From an uncultured Gemmatimonadales bacterium (lineage in GTDB: Bacteria > Gemmatimonadota > Gemmatimonadetes > Longimicrobiales > Gaopeijiaceae): a DNA stretch of 64,000 nt. Each line of letters begins with the position of its first letter. The first letter of the stretch is position 1. The stretch lies in NCBI GenBank assembly GCA_963809895.1, contig CAWELD010000003.1, positions 896,001-960,000 of the forward strand, given 5' to 3'. This document shows positions 49,860 through 59,124 of this stretch, in pieces. The position numbers and the translations under genes are program-made. Below the pieces are notes generated by a model, which was given only the letters and a program-made list of their open reading frames with translations, was not told the DNA's origin and did not search any database.

Positions 49860-52498
49860 GCGGCCCTCGTCCGTGGCCTCCGCTGCGCTGGCTGCTGTCC
49901 AGGGTCCTGCCCCCGGGGCTCACCCGGGACGGATTGGTGGGTGACCTCGACGAGCTCTACCGCGAGCGCCGGCACGGCTCGGGCCGCGTGCGCGCCGATG
50001 CCTGGTACCTGGCTCAGGTCGCGACGGCGGCCTACCGCTACCTTCCCCGGCGTCTGGGCTTCGGCGGCCGCGCGGCGCCCAGGGCCCGACGCTCACGCCT
50101 CGGGGCCTGGCTCGGCGATCTGCGACAGGATGCCCGCTTCGGAGCACACACCCTGATCCGCCGGCCGCTGCTGGCCGTGGTCGCCGTGGTCACGGTGGCG
50201 TTGGGCGTAGGGGCCACCACGGTGGTCGTGAGCGTGGTGAACGCGCTCCTGGTGCGCCCCATGCCGGTGGCGGATCCGGGGAGCCTCTACGTGGTCAACG
50301 AGGATCGCTCCGGCCAGACCTCGAGCCCTCTGGGCGTGGAGGCCGTGCCCTACGAGCGCTACGTGGCGTATCGGGCAGCCCTCGGCGAGGTGTTCGCCAC
50401 CATGGGCGCCGAGCGCTTCGACAGCTACGCCCTCTCCACGGGGGATGGGGCGTCGGCGGAGTGGGGCTACGAAGTCTCCGGGGACTACTTCCAGACCCTG
50501 GACCTGGTGCCCGCCGCCGGTCGATTCATCACCGACGACGACGAGCCCTCCGTGGTGCTCGGCTACGGCCTGTGGAGGGCCCGCTTCGGCGGGGATCCCG
50601 CCGCCGTCGGACGGACTGTTCGCATCGACAGCCGGCCCTACACCGTCATTGGTGTGGCGCCTGCGGGCTTCCGGGGCACCACGCACGGGCTGGGGGGCGA
50701 TCTGTGGTTACCCATCGGGGCGCACGGCGGCGAGGGCTGGGTCACCTTCTTCGGCCGGCTCCGCCCCGGCGTGGAGCCGGTGCGGGCCAGGGAGGTGGCG
50801 GACGCGGTGGCCCGGGGCATCCCCCCACTCCAGCCTCAGAGCCGGGTGCGCGGGGCGGCCCTGGAGCCGCTCACGGGACTTCCCGAACTCGTGCGGCCGT
50901 ACGTCGAGCGCTTCCTCGCCCTGCTCGGGGGCATGGCGGTGCTGGTGCTCCTCATCGCCGGCGCCAACATCGCGGGAATCCTCCTGGCCCGGGGCGCGCG
51001 GCGCCGGCGGGAAATGGCAGTGCGCGTATCGGTGGGCGCCGGCCGCGGTCGCCTGCTCCGGCAACTCCTGACCGAAAGCGTACTGCTCTTCCTGGTCGGC
51101 GGCGCCGCCGGGGTGCTGCTGGCGGTGCTCGCCACGCACCTGCTCCAGGGGATCAGTCCTCCGGTGGGCTTCGACCTCGCCCTCGACCTGCATCCCGACC
51201 TCTCCGTGCTCGCGCTGGCCCTGCTGGTCGCCGGCGCGACCGGTATCGTGTTCGGGCTGGCGCCGGCCTTCCAGGCGTCCGGCGAAGATCCGGTACGGGG
51301 CCTCAAGGACCTGACCGGCGAGGCGGCCCGGGGGCGGAGAGGCCGAAGCTGGTTCGTGGGTGGCCAGGTGGCGCTGTCCGCGCTGCTCCTGGTGATGGCC
51401 GGGCTCTTCGTGCGCTCCCTGTACGAGGCCACCCGGGTGGAGCTGGGCTTCGACCCGCGGGGGGTGGTCATCTCCGCCATCGATCTGGGGCCCCACGGCT
51501 ACGACGAGGCCCGGGGCAGGGCCTTCCAGACGGCACTCCTGGAGCGGCTGCGCGCCGTGCCTGGCGTCACCGCCGTGGGGATGGCCACCGCGGTGCCGCT
51601 CTTTCCGATCGCGGGCCGAATGACGAGTGACGCGCGCACCGCCGAGGACCCCCCGGGCACGCGCCGCGCCAACGTGGCCTACAGTACGGTGGATTCCGGC
51701 TATTTCGACGCGGCGGGCGTGCGGGTGCTGGCCGGCCGGGGCTTCACGGCACAGGACGAGGAGGGTGCCCCGGCGGTGACCGTGGTGAACCGCACCCTGG
51801 CCGACCGCTTCTGGCCCGGACAGAATCCGCTGGGCCGACGCCTCCACCTGCTGGGCCGGGACTTCGAGGTGATCGGGGTGACGGCGCCCGGCAAGTACCT
51901 CTACCTGAACGAGGCGCCGAGCCCGTGGGCGTGGCTGTCGCTGAGGCAGCGCTATTCGTCGTCGGTCACCCTGCACGTTCGGTCCCGCCTCGGGCCCGCC
52001 GCGGCGCTGCTGGCCGTGCGGGAGGCCGTGGAGGCGCTGGACCCCGACGTGGCGCCGCGCACACAGATGCCCCTGGCGAGCGCCATCGACATCACGCTGT
52101 TTCCGCAGCAGCTCGCCGCGGTCCTGGTGGGCCTGTTCGGGCTCGTGGGTGCGGTGCTGGCCGCCGTGGGCGTCTACGGGATTCTCGCCCACGAGGTGGC
52201 GCGGCGCACCCACGAGCTGGGCATCCGTCTGGTGCTCGGCGCTCGGCCCGACGCGCTCCGACGGCAGGTGGTGGGACGGGGTCTGCGCGTCGTGGGCCTT
52301 GCCGTGGTCACGGGCCTCGGGCTGGCCGCCGTCTCGAGCCGAGCGGTGCAGGGACTCATGATCGGCGTGAGCCGCTGGGATCCTCTCACGTACGCGGGCG
52401 TCGCGACGCTCCTGGTGGGCGTCGCGGTGCTGGCGAGCTGGGTGCCGGCCAGGCGCGCCACCCGCGTGGATCCCTCGGAGGCGCTCCGGGCCGAGTGA
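49856..52498 (+). CDS. ADOP-family duplicated MacB/FtsX-type ABC permease
   Basis: GDLDELY prefix, QDARFG, RLLRQLLTES, RRTHELGIRLVLGA and PARRATRVDP; ATGA overlap with padR. Confidence 0.9.
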   Translation: MSGPRPWPPLRWLLSRVLPPGLTRDGLVGDLDELYRERRHGSGRVRADAWYLAQVATAAYRYLPRRLGFGGRAAPRARRSRLGAWLGDLRQDARFGAHTLIRRPLLAVVAVVTVALGVGATTVVVSVVNALLVRPMPVADPGSLYVVNEDRSGQTSSPLGVEAVPYERYVAYRAALGEVFATMGAERFDSYALSTGDGASAEWGYEVSGDYFQTLDLVPAAGRFITDDDEPSVVLGYGLWRARFGGDPAAVGRTVRIDSRPYTVIGVAPAGFRGTTHGLGGDLWLPIGAHGGEGWVTFFGRLRPGVEPVRAREVADAVARGIPPLQPQSRVRGAALEPLTGLPELVRPYVERFLALLGGMAVLVLLIAGANIAGILLARGARRRREMAVRVSVGAGRGRLLRQLLTESVLLFLVGGAAGVLLAVLATHLLQGISPPVGFDLALDLHPDLSVLALALLVAGATGIVFGLAPAFQASGEDPVRGLKDLTGEAARGRRGRSWFVGGQVALSALLLVMAGLFVRSLYEATRVELGFDPRGVVISAIDLGPHGYDEARGRAFQTALLERLRAVPGVTAVGMATAVPLFPIAGRMTSDARTAEDPPGTRRANVAYSTVDSGYFDAAGVRVLAGRGFTAQDEEGAPAVTVVNRTLADRFWPGQNPLGRRLHLLGRDFEVIGVTAPGKYLYLNEAPSPWAWLSLRQRYSSSVTLHVRSRLGPAAALLAVREAVEALDPDVAPRTQMPLASAIDITLFPQQLAAVLVGLFGLVGAVLAAVGVYGILAHEVARRTHELGIRLVLGARPDALRRQVVGRGLRVVGLAVVTGLGLAAVSSRAVQGLMIGVSRWDPLTYAGVATLLVGVAVLASWVPARRATRVDPSEALRAE

Positions 52499-52524
52499 GC
52501 GGGGGTCGGGAATCCCCCCTGGGA

Positions 52525-53004
52525 CTACCGCAGCCCTCCGGCCCTCCCTATGGGCGTCATCTCGATACGCACGTCGACACCCCGCGTGTCGCGCGTGTCG
52601 CGGCGGTCCGCATAGCGAATGCACTGGCCCGAGGCGCCTCGCTCGGTGCAGACGCTCGTCACCCGCGTGGTGGCAGTGGAGCTGGCCTGCACCAGCCCGT
52701 AGAGTCCGCCCTCGTCGTCGTGGCGCACCCGCAAGGTGGTCCCGCACGCGGCAACCCGGGCTTCGGTGTTGGCCCACACCTCGTACTTGATGGGCGTGGC
52801 GCGGGGGGATTCACCGTCGCAGGTGACCCGTGCGAAGCGATCCGGAAGGAACTCGATGGTGCCGGCGAGGGGGGCGGTCGCGACGCCGCTGAAGCGCCAG
52901 GCGCCGCCGAACTCGAGAGGCGGCCCCTCGGGGGCGCCGGCGCAGGCGGCGGAAGCGAGGATCGACGCGACCACGGCGCTGAGCAGGGCAGTGAGACGGC
53001 TCAT
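52525..53004 (-). CDS. Hypothetical lipoprotein
   Basis: Signal peptide with SAAC lipobox; several Cys. Confidence 0.65.
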   Translation of the reverse strand: MSRLTALLSAVVASILASAACAGAPEGPPLEFGGAWRFSGVATAPLAGTIEFLPDRFARVTCDGESPRATPIKYEVWANTEARVAACGTTLRVRHDDEGGLYGLVQASSTATTRVTSVCTERGASGQCIRYADRRDTRDTRGVDVRIEMTPIGRAGGLR

Positions 53005-53132
53005 GGGGAGGCTCCTGGTTCGGGGCTCGGGGCGTCCGCCTTCGTTGCGCCTCGTTCGATACCTATGCTAACCTCCCGCCGCCGTCGGCGCCGCCCGGCG
53101 TCGGAAAGGCCCCAACCCTCCGGAGGCAATCA

Positions 53133-53624
53133 GTGGACACCACCGAGTTCAACAAGATGTGCTGGGCGCAGGAATACCCGAACTTCCGCAAGGTCATCGC
53201 CGCCGTGGCCCACGACCAGATGGACTGGGCTCCCGACGACAAGTCCCGCTCGGCCCGCCGGCTCATCGGCCACATCATCGGCCACGTCCAGGATCTGTGC
53301 GAGCTGGTGGACGACGGTGTGATCCACCATCGGAACGAGGTTCCCTTCGACACGCTCGACGAAGGCCTGGAGGTGTTCGACGAGGCGTATCAGGAGCTGC
53401 AGTCCAAGCTGGCTTCACTGGACGCTGAAGGGTGGGCCACCTCGGCCGATTTCCTCGCCGGCGACCACCTCATCATGAACGCCCCGCGCGAGCAACTGTC
53501 CTGGATCTTCCTCTTCGATGCCATCCAGCACCGGGGGCAACTCATGACCCATCTGCGGCCCACCGGCCGACAGGTTCCGGCGGTGTACGGTCCGTCGGCG
53601 GATGCGGGGATGCCCGAGCACTAG
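53133..53624 (+). CDS. DinB family protein
   Basis: SD GGAGG, WAPDDKSRSARRLIGHI, QHRGQLMTHLR and VPAVYGPSAD. Confidence 0.85.
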   Translation: MDTTEFNKMCWAQEYPNFRKVIAAVAHDQMDWAPDDKSRSARRLIGHIIGHVQDLCELVDDGVIHHRNEVPFDTLDEGLEVFDEAYQELQSKLASLDAEGWATSADFLAGDHLIMNAPREQLSWIFLFDAIQHRGQLMTHLRPTGRQVPAVYGPSADAGMPEH

Positions 53625-53929
53625 CAGGTCGCTGAAGAAGAGGAGCACCCCGCGTTGGGAGCGCCACGGCCCCTCATCCTAGGCGAAGTGACGAAGGCAT
53701 AGCCAAAGCTACGTCGAGGCGCTTCAACGACGGAGGAGGGGCCGTGCCGCCCCAACCCACTGCCGTCCAAGTTCATAGGCCGCATATGGATGGGCGCATG
53801 GCGGTTCCGCGGTTGATCCATCGTCTCTCCTCCTCGCCGTAGCGCTGCTACGACTCGTCGTCGCTCCTTGCCTGAACGCGCGAAAGCGCCATGCGCGCGG
53901 GGTACTCCCCTTCTTCAGCGACCTGCTAG
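53621..53929 (-). mobile_element. MITE copy 1 (309 bp including CTAG flanks)
   Basis: ~30-bp terminal inverted repeats CAGGTCGCTGAAGAAG.. flanked by CTAG; reverse complement of 62783-63091. Confidence 0.88.
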
Positions 53930-53969
53930 AACGGGTTCCCTCGGGCGGCTCCCGGCCGCGCCCGGTGTC

Positions 53970-54113
53970 GTATCACATACGATGCGAGAGAGCAGCACAG
54001 AGTCCATTTGCATCGTATGTGATGCCTTTCCCTTGCGCTTCAGTGCCGTACGGTGCAGCTTCGTATATGATGCATCTCTCCCATGGGAGGGCTTTATGCC
54101 GCATATACGATTC
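53970..54113. promoter_or_regulatory. Four 16-bp operator-like imperfect palindromes before hipB
   Basis: GTATCACATACGATGC (53970), GCATCGTATGTGATGC (54010), GCTTCGTATATGATGC (54058) and GCCGCATATACGATTC (54098). Confidence 0.75.
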
Positions 54114-54389
54114 ACGAACCGGCCCGATCCTGACGTGATGGCCGAAATCGGCCGGCGCCTGGCCCGGGCACGGAGATCCAGGGATCTGACGCAAGGGGAA
54201 GCCGCGGCGCAGGCGGGATTGGGACGCGCCACTGTCTCGCGCGCGGAGCGGGGCGAGAATCCCAACCTCCTCACCCTCGTGCGCTTGCTGCGGGTCTACG
54301 GCCGGCTCGACGCCCTGGAAGCCTTCCTGCCGGAGCCCGACGTCAGCCCCATGGCGCTGATCCGTTCGGCGGGGCGAAAGGATGCCTGA
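54096..54389 (+). CDS. hipB: XRE HTH antitoxin, HipB-like
   Basis: LTQGEAAAQAGLGRATVSRAERG; overlaps the hipA start. Confidence 0.78.
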   Translation: MPHIRFTNRPDPDVMAEIGRRLARARRSRDLTQGEAAAQAGLGRATVSRAERGENPNLLTLVRLLRVYGRLDALEAFLPEPDVSPMALIRSAGRKDA

Positions 54390-55671
54390 GGTCTCGGCCT
54401 TCGCCGAGGTCCGCCTGTGGGGACGGACCGTGGGAGGCGTCGCCGAGCTCGACGACGGCGCCATCGTCTTCGAGTACGACGGGGAGTTCCGCACGTCGGG
54501 CCTGGAGATCTCGCCGATCCACCTGCCGCTGGCCATCCGGGGCCCGGTGCGTTTCGAGGAGCTCCGTCGCAAGGGGGGATTCCGGGGTCTGCCCGGGGTG
54601 CTGGCCGACGCCCTGCCCGATGCCTTCGGCACGCAGGTGATCCGGGCCTACTACACGGCGCGGGGCGAGCTGGACAAGGCCCTGTCGCCCGTGCAGCACC
54701 TGCTCTACGTCGGGGAGCGGGCCATCGGGGCCCTGTCCTTCCATCCGGCCGAGAAGCTGCCCCTGCGGGCCGCCGAGTCGGAGGCGCTGGAGGTTGCGGC
54801 GCTGGTGGCCGACGCCCGCCGCATCATCGCCGGGGACGCCGACGTGGCCATCCCCGAGATCTACCGCATCGGGTCGTCGGCCGGCGGCATGCGGCCCAAG
54901 GCCGTGGTCCTCTACAATCCCGCCTCCGGCGAGATCCGCTCGGCGTTCGCCCCGGCGCGACCCGGCGATGTGCCCGCCATCCTCAAGTTCGACGGGGTGG
55001 GGGAGGAAGGCGTGGAGCGGCGAATCGGCGAGCCACGGCCCTTCAACCGCGTGGAGGCCGCCTACGCGCGCATGGCCCGGGACGCCGGCCTCGACGTGGC
55101 CGAGGTCATCGTGCTCGAGAGTGACCAGGGCCACGCGCACCTCGTCATCCCGCGCTTCGACGACCCACTGGAGGGTGGCCTCCACCAGCACACGTTGGGG
55201 GGCCTGCTCCACCTGGACTACAACGATCCCGGCGCCAGCAGCTACGAGGAGTTCCTGCGCACCGTGCTACGGCTGGGGATGCCCCCGGCGGCGGTCATCG
55301 AGGGTTTTCGCCGCATGGTGTTCAACGTCCTCGCCGTGAACCAGGACGACCACGTGAAGAACCTGTCCTTCCACATGGACCGCGCCGGTACGTGGTCTCT
55401 CACCCCCGCCTACGACCTCACCTTCGCGCGCGGGGGCGGCTGGACGGCGAGACACCAGATGCGCGTGGCCGACAAGCAGTCGGGCATCACGCGCAACGAC
55501 CTGCTGGAGGTCGCGTCGACCTTCGGCATCCGGAACCCCGGGGCGGTGATCGACCGCGTCGCCGACGCCGTGGGCGACTGGCCCCGGTACGCGGCAGCGC
55601 AGGGGGTTCCCGCGAGCACGCTGGATCGGGTGGAGGACGCCCTGCAGGAGCGGGCGGAGGAAGTGGGGTAG
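54382..55671 (+). CDS. hipA: HipA-family kinase toxin
   Basis: N-terminal couple domain, LADALPDAFG, SAGGMRPK, RFD, NQDDHVKN and LTPAYDLT. Confidence 0.92.
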   Translation: MPEVSAFAEVRLWGRTVGGVAELDDGAIVFEYDGEFRTSGLEISPIHLPLAIRGPVRFEELRRKGGFRGLPGVLADALPDAFGTQVIRAYYTARGELDKALSPVQHLLYVGERAIGALSFHPAEKLPLRAAESEALEVAALVADARRIIAGDADVAIPEIYRIGSSAGGMRPKAVVLYNPASGEIRSAFAPARPGDVPAILKFDGVGEEGVERRIGEPRPFNRVEAAYARMARDAGLDVAEVIVLESDQGHAHLVIPRFDDPLEGGLHQHTLGGLLHLDYNDPGASSYEEFLRTVLRLGMPPAAVIEGFRRMVFNVLAVNQDDHVKNLSFHMDRAGTWSLTPAYDLTFARGGGWTARHQMRVADKQSGITRNDLLEVASTFGIRNPGAVIDRVADAVGDWPRYAAAQGVPASTLDRVEDALQERAEEVG

Positions 55672-55792
55672 GGCGAGCACTCTTCGCCGCACGCCGCTCC
55701 GGCCCAGGCAGCCATGGGAGCGCCCCGGTCGTGGGATCATCCTGGACGGGTGGCGGACGCAGGCGCGTCCCGACTCCCCCCCGACCGAGGCT

Positions 55793-56050
55793 GTGGATGT
55801 GGCGAAGCGACGTTCCAACGGAAAGGAGCCGACTCGACCGGAGACCCTGACAGGCGTCCGGCTGAAGGAGCTCAACGGATACCTGGAGGCGCTCCTCGTT
55901 CGCGAGGCGTGCGACCAGACCCATCGTTTCACGCAGGAGTTCCTCGAGGCGCGTGGTATAGCGGTGCGACCGGCCCTCCGCTGGCTCCAGCACATGGGCG
56001 GATACTGCGACTGCGAGGTCTACCTGAACGTGACCCGAGCGGAGTGGTAG
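55793..56050 (+). CDS. DUF2695 family protein
   Basis: CDQTHRFT and WL..MGGYCDCEVYLNV. Confidence 0.8.
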   Translation: MDVAKRRSNGKEPTRPETLTGVRLKELNGYLEALLVREACDQTHRFTQEFLEARGIAVRPALRWLQHMGGYCDCEVYLNVTRAEW

Positions 56051-56290
56051 CGGGCGCTCCCTGACGACCCCCTTCGGCCGGGTGGGGTGCGTCGTGGTCG
56101 CTCCGATACGGGCACTCCGACGTTGCGGTGCCAAGCGGGCTGATGCACCATGTTCTCACATGATCGGTCCGCCCCCCCGCCTCTCCAACGCCCTCGGCCG
56201 ACGGCGGATACGCCGTCCCGAGAGAGGCGCCTTGCGTGCGCCCCATCCGTGCCCGGACGTGACGCAGCCCTCGCACCCGACGTGCACCTC

Positions 56291-57949
56291 ATGACGGCGA
56301 GCACCTTCTGGGGCGAGCTACAGCGGCGGAAGATCGTCCAACGCGCGGTCCTGTACGGGATCGTGGCGTGGGTGGTGATCCAGGCCGCCGACATCGTGAT
56401 CCCGGCGCTCAACATCCCCGAATGGGGTGTGTCCCTGGTGGTGGTCCTCCTGGCCCTCGGTTTTCCCGTGGCCATGATCCTCGCCTGGATGTTCGACAGC
56501 CCGGCACAGGTGATCAAGGGCCAGCGCCGGCCTCCACGTTCGGCCCGCGACCGCCGGGGTGACGAGGCCGAGGGCGGTCCTCGTTCCATCGCCGTACTGC
56601 CTTTCGTCAACATGAGCGACGACAAGGACAACGAGTACTTCTCCGATGGGATGACCGAGGAGATCCTCAACGCCCTGGCGAAGGTCCCGGATCTGCGCGT
56701 GGCCTCCCGCACCTCGTCGTTCGCCTTCAAAGGCAGGGTGCAGGACGTGCTCGAAATCGCGGACGAGTTGCGTGTGGATACGGTGGTGGAGGGGAGCGTC
56801 CGCAAGGCGCAGAACCGGGTGCGGGTCACGGCCCAGCTCATCAACGCCGACGACGGCTACCACCTCTGGTCCGAGACCTACGACCGGGACCTGGAGGACA
56901 TCTTCAAGGTCCAGGACGAGATCGCCCGTTCCATCGTGGAGGCCCTGAAGCTCGAGCTCGTGGGCGAGGACACGGAGCACCTGGTCTCGCCCGAGACGGC
57001 GGACGTGGAGGCCTATACGCTCTATCTGAAGGGTCGCTTCTTCTTCAACCGGTACCAGGAGACCGATCTGCGCCGCAGTCTGGACCACTATGCCCAGGCC
57101 CTGGAGCACGATCCCGGCTACGGCCGCGCCTACGCGGGCATGGCCGACACGTGGATGCAGCTCGCCGACGACTGGGTGGCGCCGGAGAAGGCGTATCCGG
57201 AAGCGAAGGCGGCGGCCGAGAAGGCCATCGCGCTGGACGACAGCCTGGCCGAGGCCCACACGGCCCGCGGCAAGGTGCTGGGGTGGTTCGAGTGGGATTT
57301 CGATGGCGCGGAGCTGGCGCTTCGTCGCGCGGTCGGATCCAACCCGCGCTACGCCGACGCCCATTGGGGACTCGCCAGCGTCCTCCCCTCGAACGGACAG
57401 TTGGAAGGGGCCATCGAAGAGGCGCGCACAGCCCTGTCCCTGGACCCGCTCTCAGGCATCTTCAGCTACTGGTTGGCGCGCTTCCTCTACTTCGCGCGAC
57501 GCTACGACGAGTCCCGGGAGGAGGCCACCCGCGCGGCCGAGCTGGATCCGACGTCGTTCCGGCCTCACCTGGTGTTGGGCCTCTGTCATCTGATGGAGGG
57601 CCGGGCCGAGGACGCGCATGCGTCCTTCAGCCGATCGCTGGAGGTGAGCGGGGTGGTCTCGGCCAACGCCTTCATCGCCCGAGCCCTCGTGGCCGCCGGG
57701 CGGACGGACGAGGCCAGGGCCCTCCTCGCTCGCCTGGAGGACGGGGACGACTACGTACGCCACGAGTTCATGGCACCCGCCTATGCAGCGCTGGGGGAGC
57801 TGGATCGCGCCCTCGCCGCCCTCGAGACCGCCTACGAGGAGCGCTCGGCGGGGCTCGTCTACCTGCACGTGGATCCCAGCTACGACGACCTGCGAGGGCA
57901 TCCCCGTTACCAGGCCCTGGTAGAGCGCATCGGGCTGAGGTCGGGCTAG
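56291..57949 (+). CDS. Membrane TolB-N-like/TPR protein (adenylate-cyclase-associated module without catalytic domain)
   Basis: ELQRRK plus two TM helices, SIAVLPFVNMS..EYFSDGMTEE and TPR repeats. Confidence 0.85.
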   Translation: MTASTFWGELQRRKIVQRAVLYGIVAWVVIQAADIVIPALNIPEWGVSLVVVLLALGFPVAMILAWMFDSPAQVIKGQRRPPRSARDRRGDEAEGGPRSIAVLPFVNMSDDKDNEYFSDGMTEEILNALAKVPDLRVASRTSSFAFKGRVQDVLEIADELRVDTVVEGSVRKAQNRVRVTAQLINADDGYHLWSETYDRDLEDIFKVQDEIARSIVEALKLELVGEDTEHLVSPETADVEAYTLYLKGRFFFNRYQETDLRRSLDHYAQALEHDPGYGRAYAGMADTWMQLADDWVAPEKAYPEAKAAAEKAIALDDSLAEAHTARGKVLGWFEWDFDGAELALRRAVGSNPRYADAHWGLASVLPSNGQLEGAIEEARTALSLDPLSGIFSYWLARFLYFARRYDESREEATRAAELDPTSFRPHLVLGLCHLMEGRAEDAHASFSRSLEVSGVVSANAFIARALVAAGRTDEARALLARLEDGDDYVRHEFMAPAYAALGELDRALAALETAYEERSAGLVYLHVDPSYDDLRGHPRYQALVERIGLRSG

Positions 57950-57996
57950 CCGCCGTAGCCACCGCAGGGGAGGGCAGGGTAGGTTGGCCATGATCG

Positions 57997-58079
57997 GCCG
58001 GGGTGGCGAAACGGTAGACGCAGGGGACTTAAAATCCCCCGGGAGCAATCCCATGCGGGTTCGAATCCCGCCCCCGGCA
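57997..58079 (+). tRNA. tRNA-Leu (TAA)
   Basis: Acceptor stem GCCGGGG/CCCCGGC, anticodon arm GGGGA-CTTAAAA-TCCCC, long variable arm and GGTTCGAATCC. CCA is not encoded. Confidence 0.96.
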
Positions 58080-58113
58080 CTTCGCGCACCGCTCTGTTCC
58101 CGGAGGAATGCCC

Positions 58114-58812
58114 ATGGATCTCTCGAAAGCCGCCCGCAGAGGCGTTTCGCTGACCCTCGCCGGCGTGGCCGTCATGGTCTACGCCACCTGGCTGGTCTTT
58201 TTCTGGGTCCCGACCGAGGCGCTCCAGGGGGTTGTACAGCGGATCTTCTACGTGCACGTGCCCGCCGCGTGGATCGCCGAATTCGCCTTCGGCATGGCTG
58301 CGGTCCTGGGCGCCACCTACCTCTGGCTTCGTGACGATCGGTTGGACGCCGCTGCGGTGGCTGCCGCCGAGGGGGGGCTCTTCTTCTCGGCCCTCCTGCT
58401 GATCGTCGGACCGCTGTGGGCCAAGGTCGCCTGGGGCGCCTTCTGGGTGTGGGAGCCACGGCTCACCCTGACCCTGCTGCTCGTCTTCATCTTCATCGGC
58501 TACTTCATGGTCCGGGGGTCCGCGCGGGATCCCGAGAGCGGCAAGCGCCTGTCGGCCATCGTCGCCATCGTGGGCGCGCTGGACATCCCCCTGATCCACG
58601 TGAGCGTGGTCTGGTTCCGCTCCCTTCACCCGGAGCCGGTGGTCGTACGACCCGATGGCCCGACGGCCGACGGAAGAATGCTGTTCACGCTCCTGGTGGG
58701 ATTGGTGGCCTACACGCTGGTCTTCCTCGGTCTCTTCTACCTGCGCTTCGCGGTCGAATGGGCCGCACGCCCGTCATCCTCGCTCAGACTCTCCCAGGCG
58801 GAGGCATCCTGA
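58114..58812 (+). CDS. ccmC: Heme chaperone / cytochrome c biogenesis protein CcmC
   Basis: RIFYVHVPAAW, WAKVAWGAFWVWEPRLT and WFRSLHP. The start could be 58108. Confidence 0.9.
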   Translation: MDLSKAARRGVSLTLAGVAVMVYATWLVFFWVPTEALQGVVQRIFYVHVPAAWIAEFAFGMAAVLGATYLWLRDDRLDAAAVAAAEGGLFFSALLLIVGPLWAKVAWGAFWVWEPRLTLTLLLVFIFIGYFMVRGSARDPESGKRLSAIVAIVGALDIPLIHVSVVWFRSLHPEPVVVRPDGPTADGRMLFTLLVGLVAYTLVFLGLFYLRFAVEWAARPSSSLRLSQAEAS

Positions 58813-59024
58813 TGAAGACGCTCACCCGGGTCCTGCTCACCGGTCTCCTGATCGCCGTCCCGTCCTCCCTCGCGGCCCAGAGCAACGGCTTCGGCAGCGA
58901 CGCGCGCTCGCGTCTCATCGTCTTCCTCGCGTATGCCGCAGCCTGGGTCGTCATCGGCGCGTGGGTGTACCGCATCGGCGCGAAGGTCAAGCGGCTGTCG
59001 ATTCAGCAGGAGCCGAAGGGGTAG
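58812..59024 (+). CDS. CcmD-like small membrane protein
   Basis: VFLAYAAAWVVIGAWVYRIG..KRL; TGATG coupling to ccmC. Confidence 0.7.
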   Translation: MKTLTRVLLTGLLIAVPSSLAAQSNGFGSDARSRLIVFLAYAAAWVVIGAWVYRIGAKVKRLSIQQEPKG

Positions 59025-59124
59025 GGCTCCGAGGGGAACGCGACACGCGATCCTTGTCCTGTCGGCGCGGCCGTGTATCCTGTGTGGCGGAGCGTAAACG
59101 CCAACCCGAGCCGCCCAGGATCCC

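Noticed and set aside
57997..58079. tRNA as an integration site for an island
   Set aside because: No integrase and no duplicated tRNA 3' end seen in the window.
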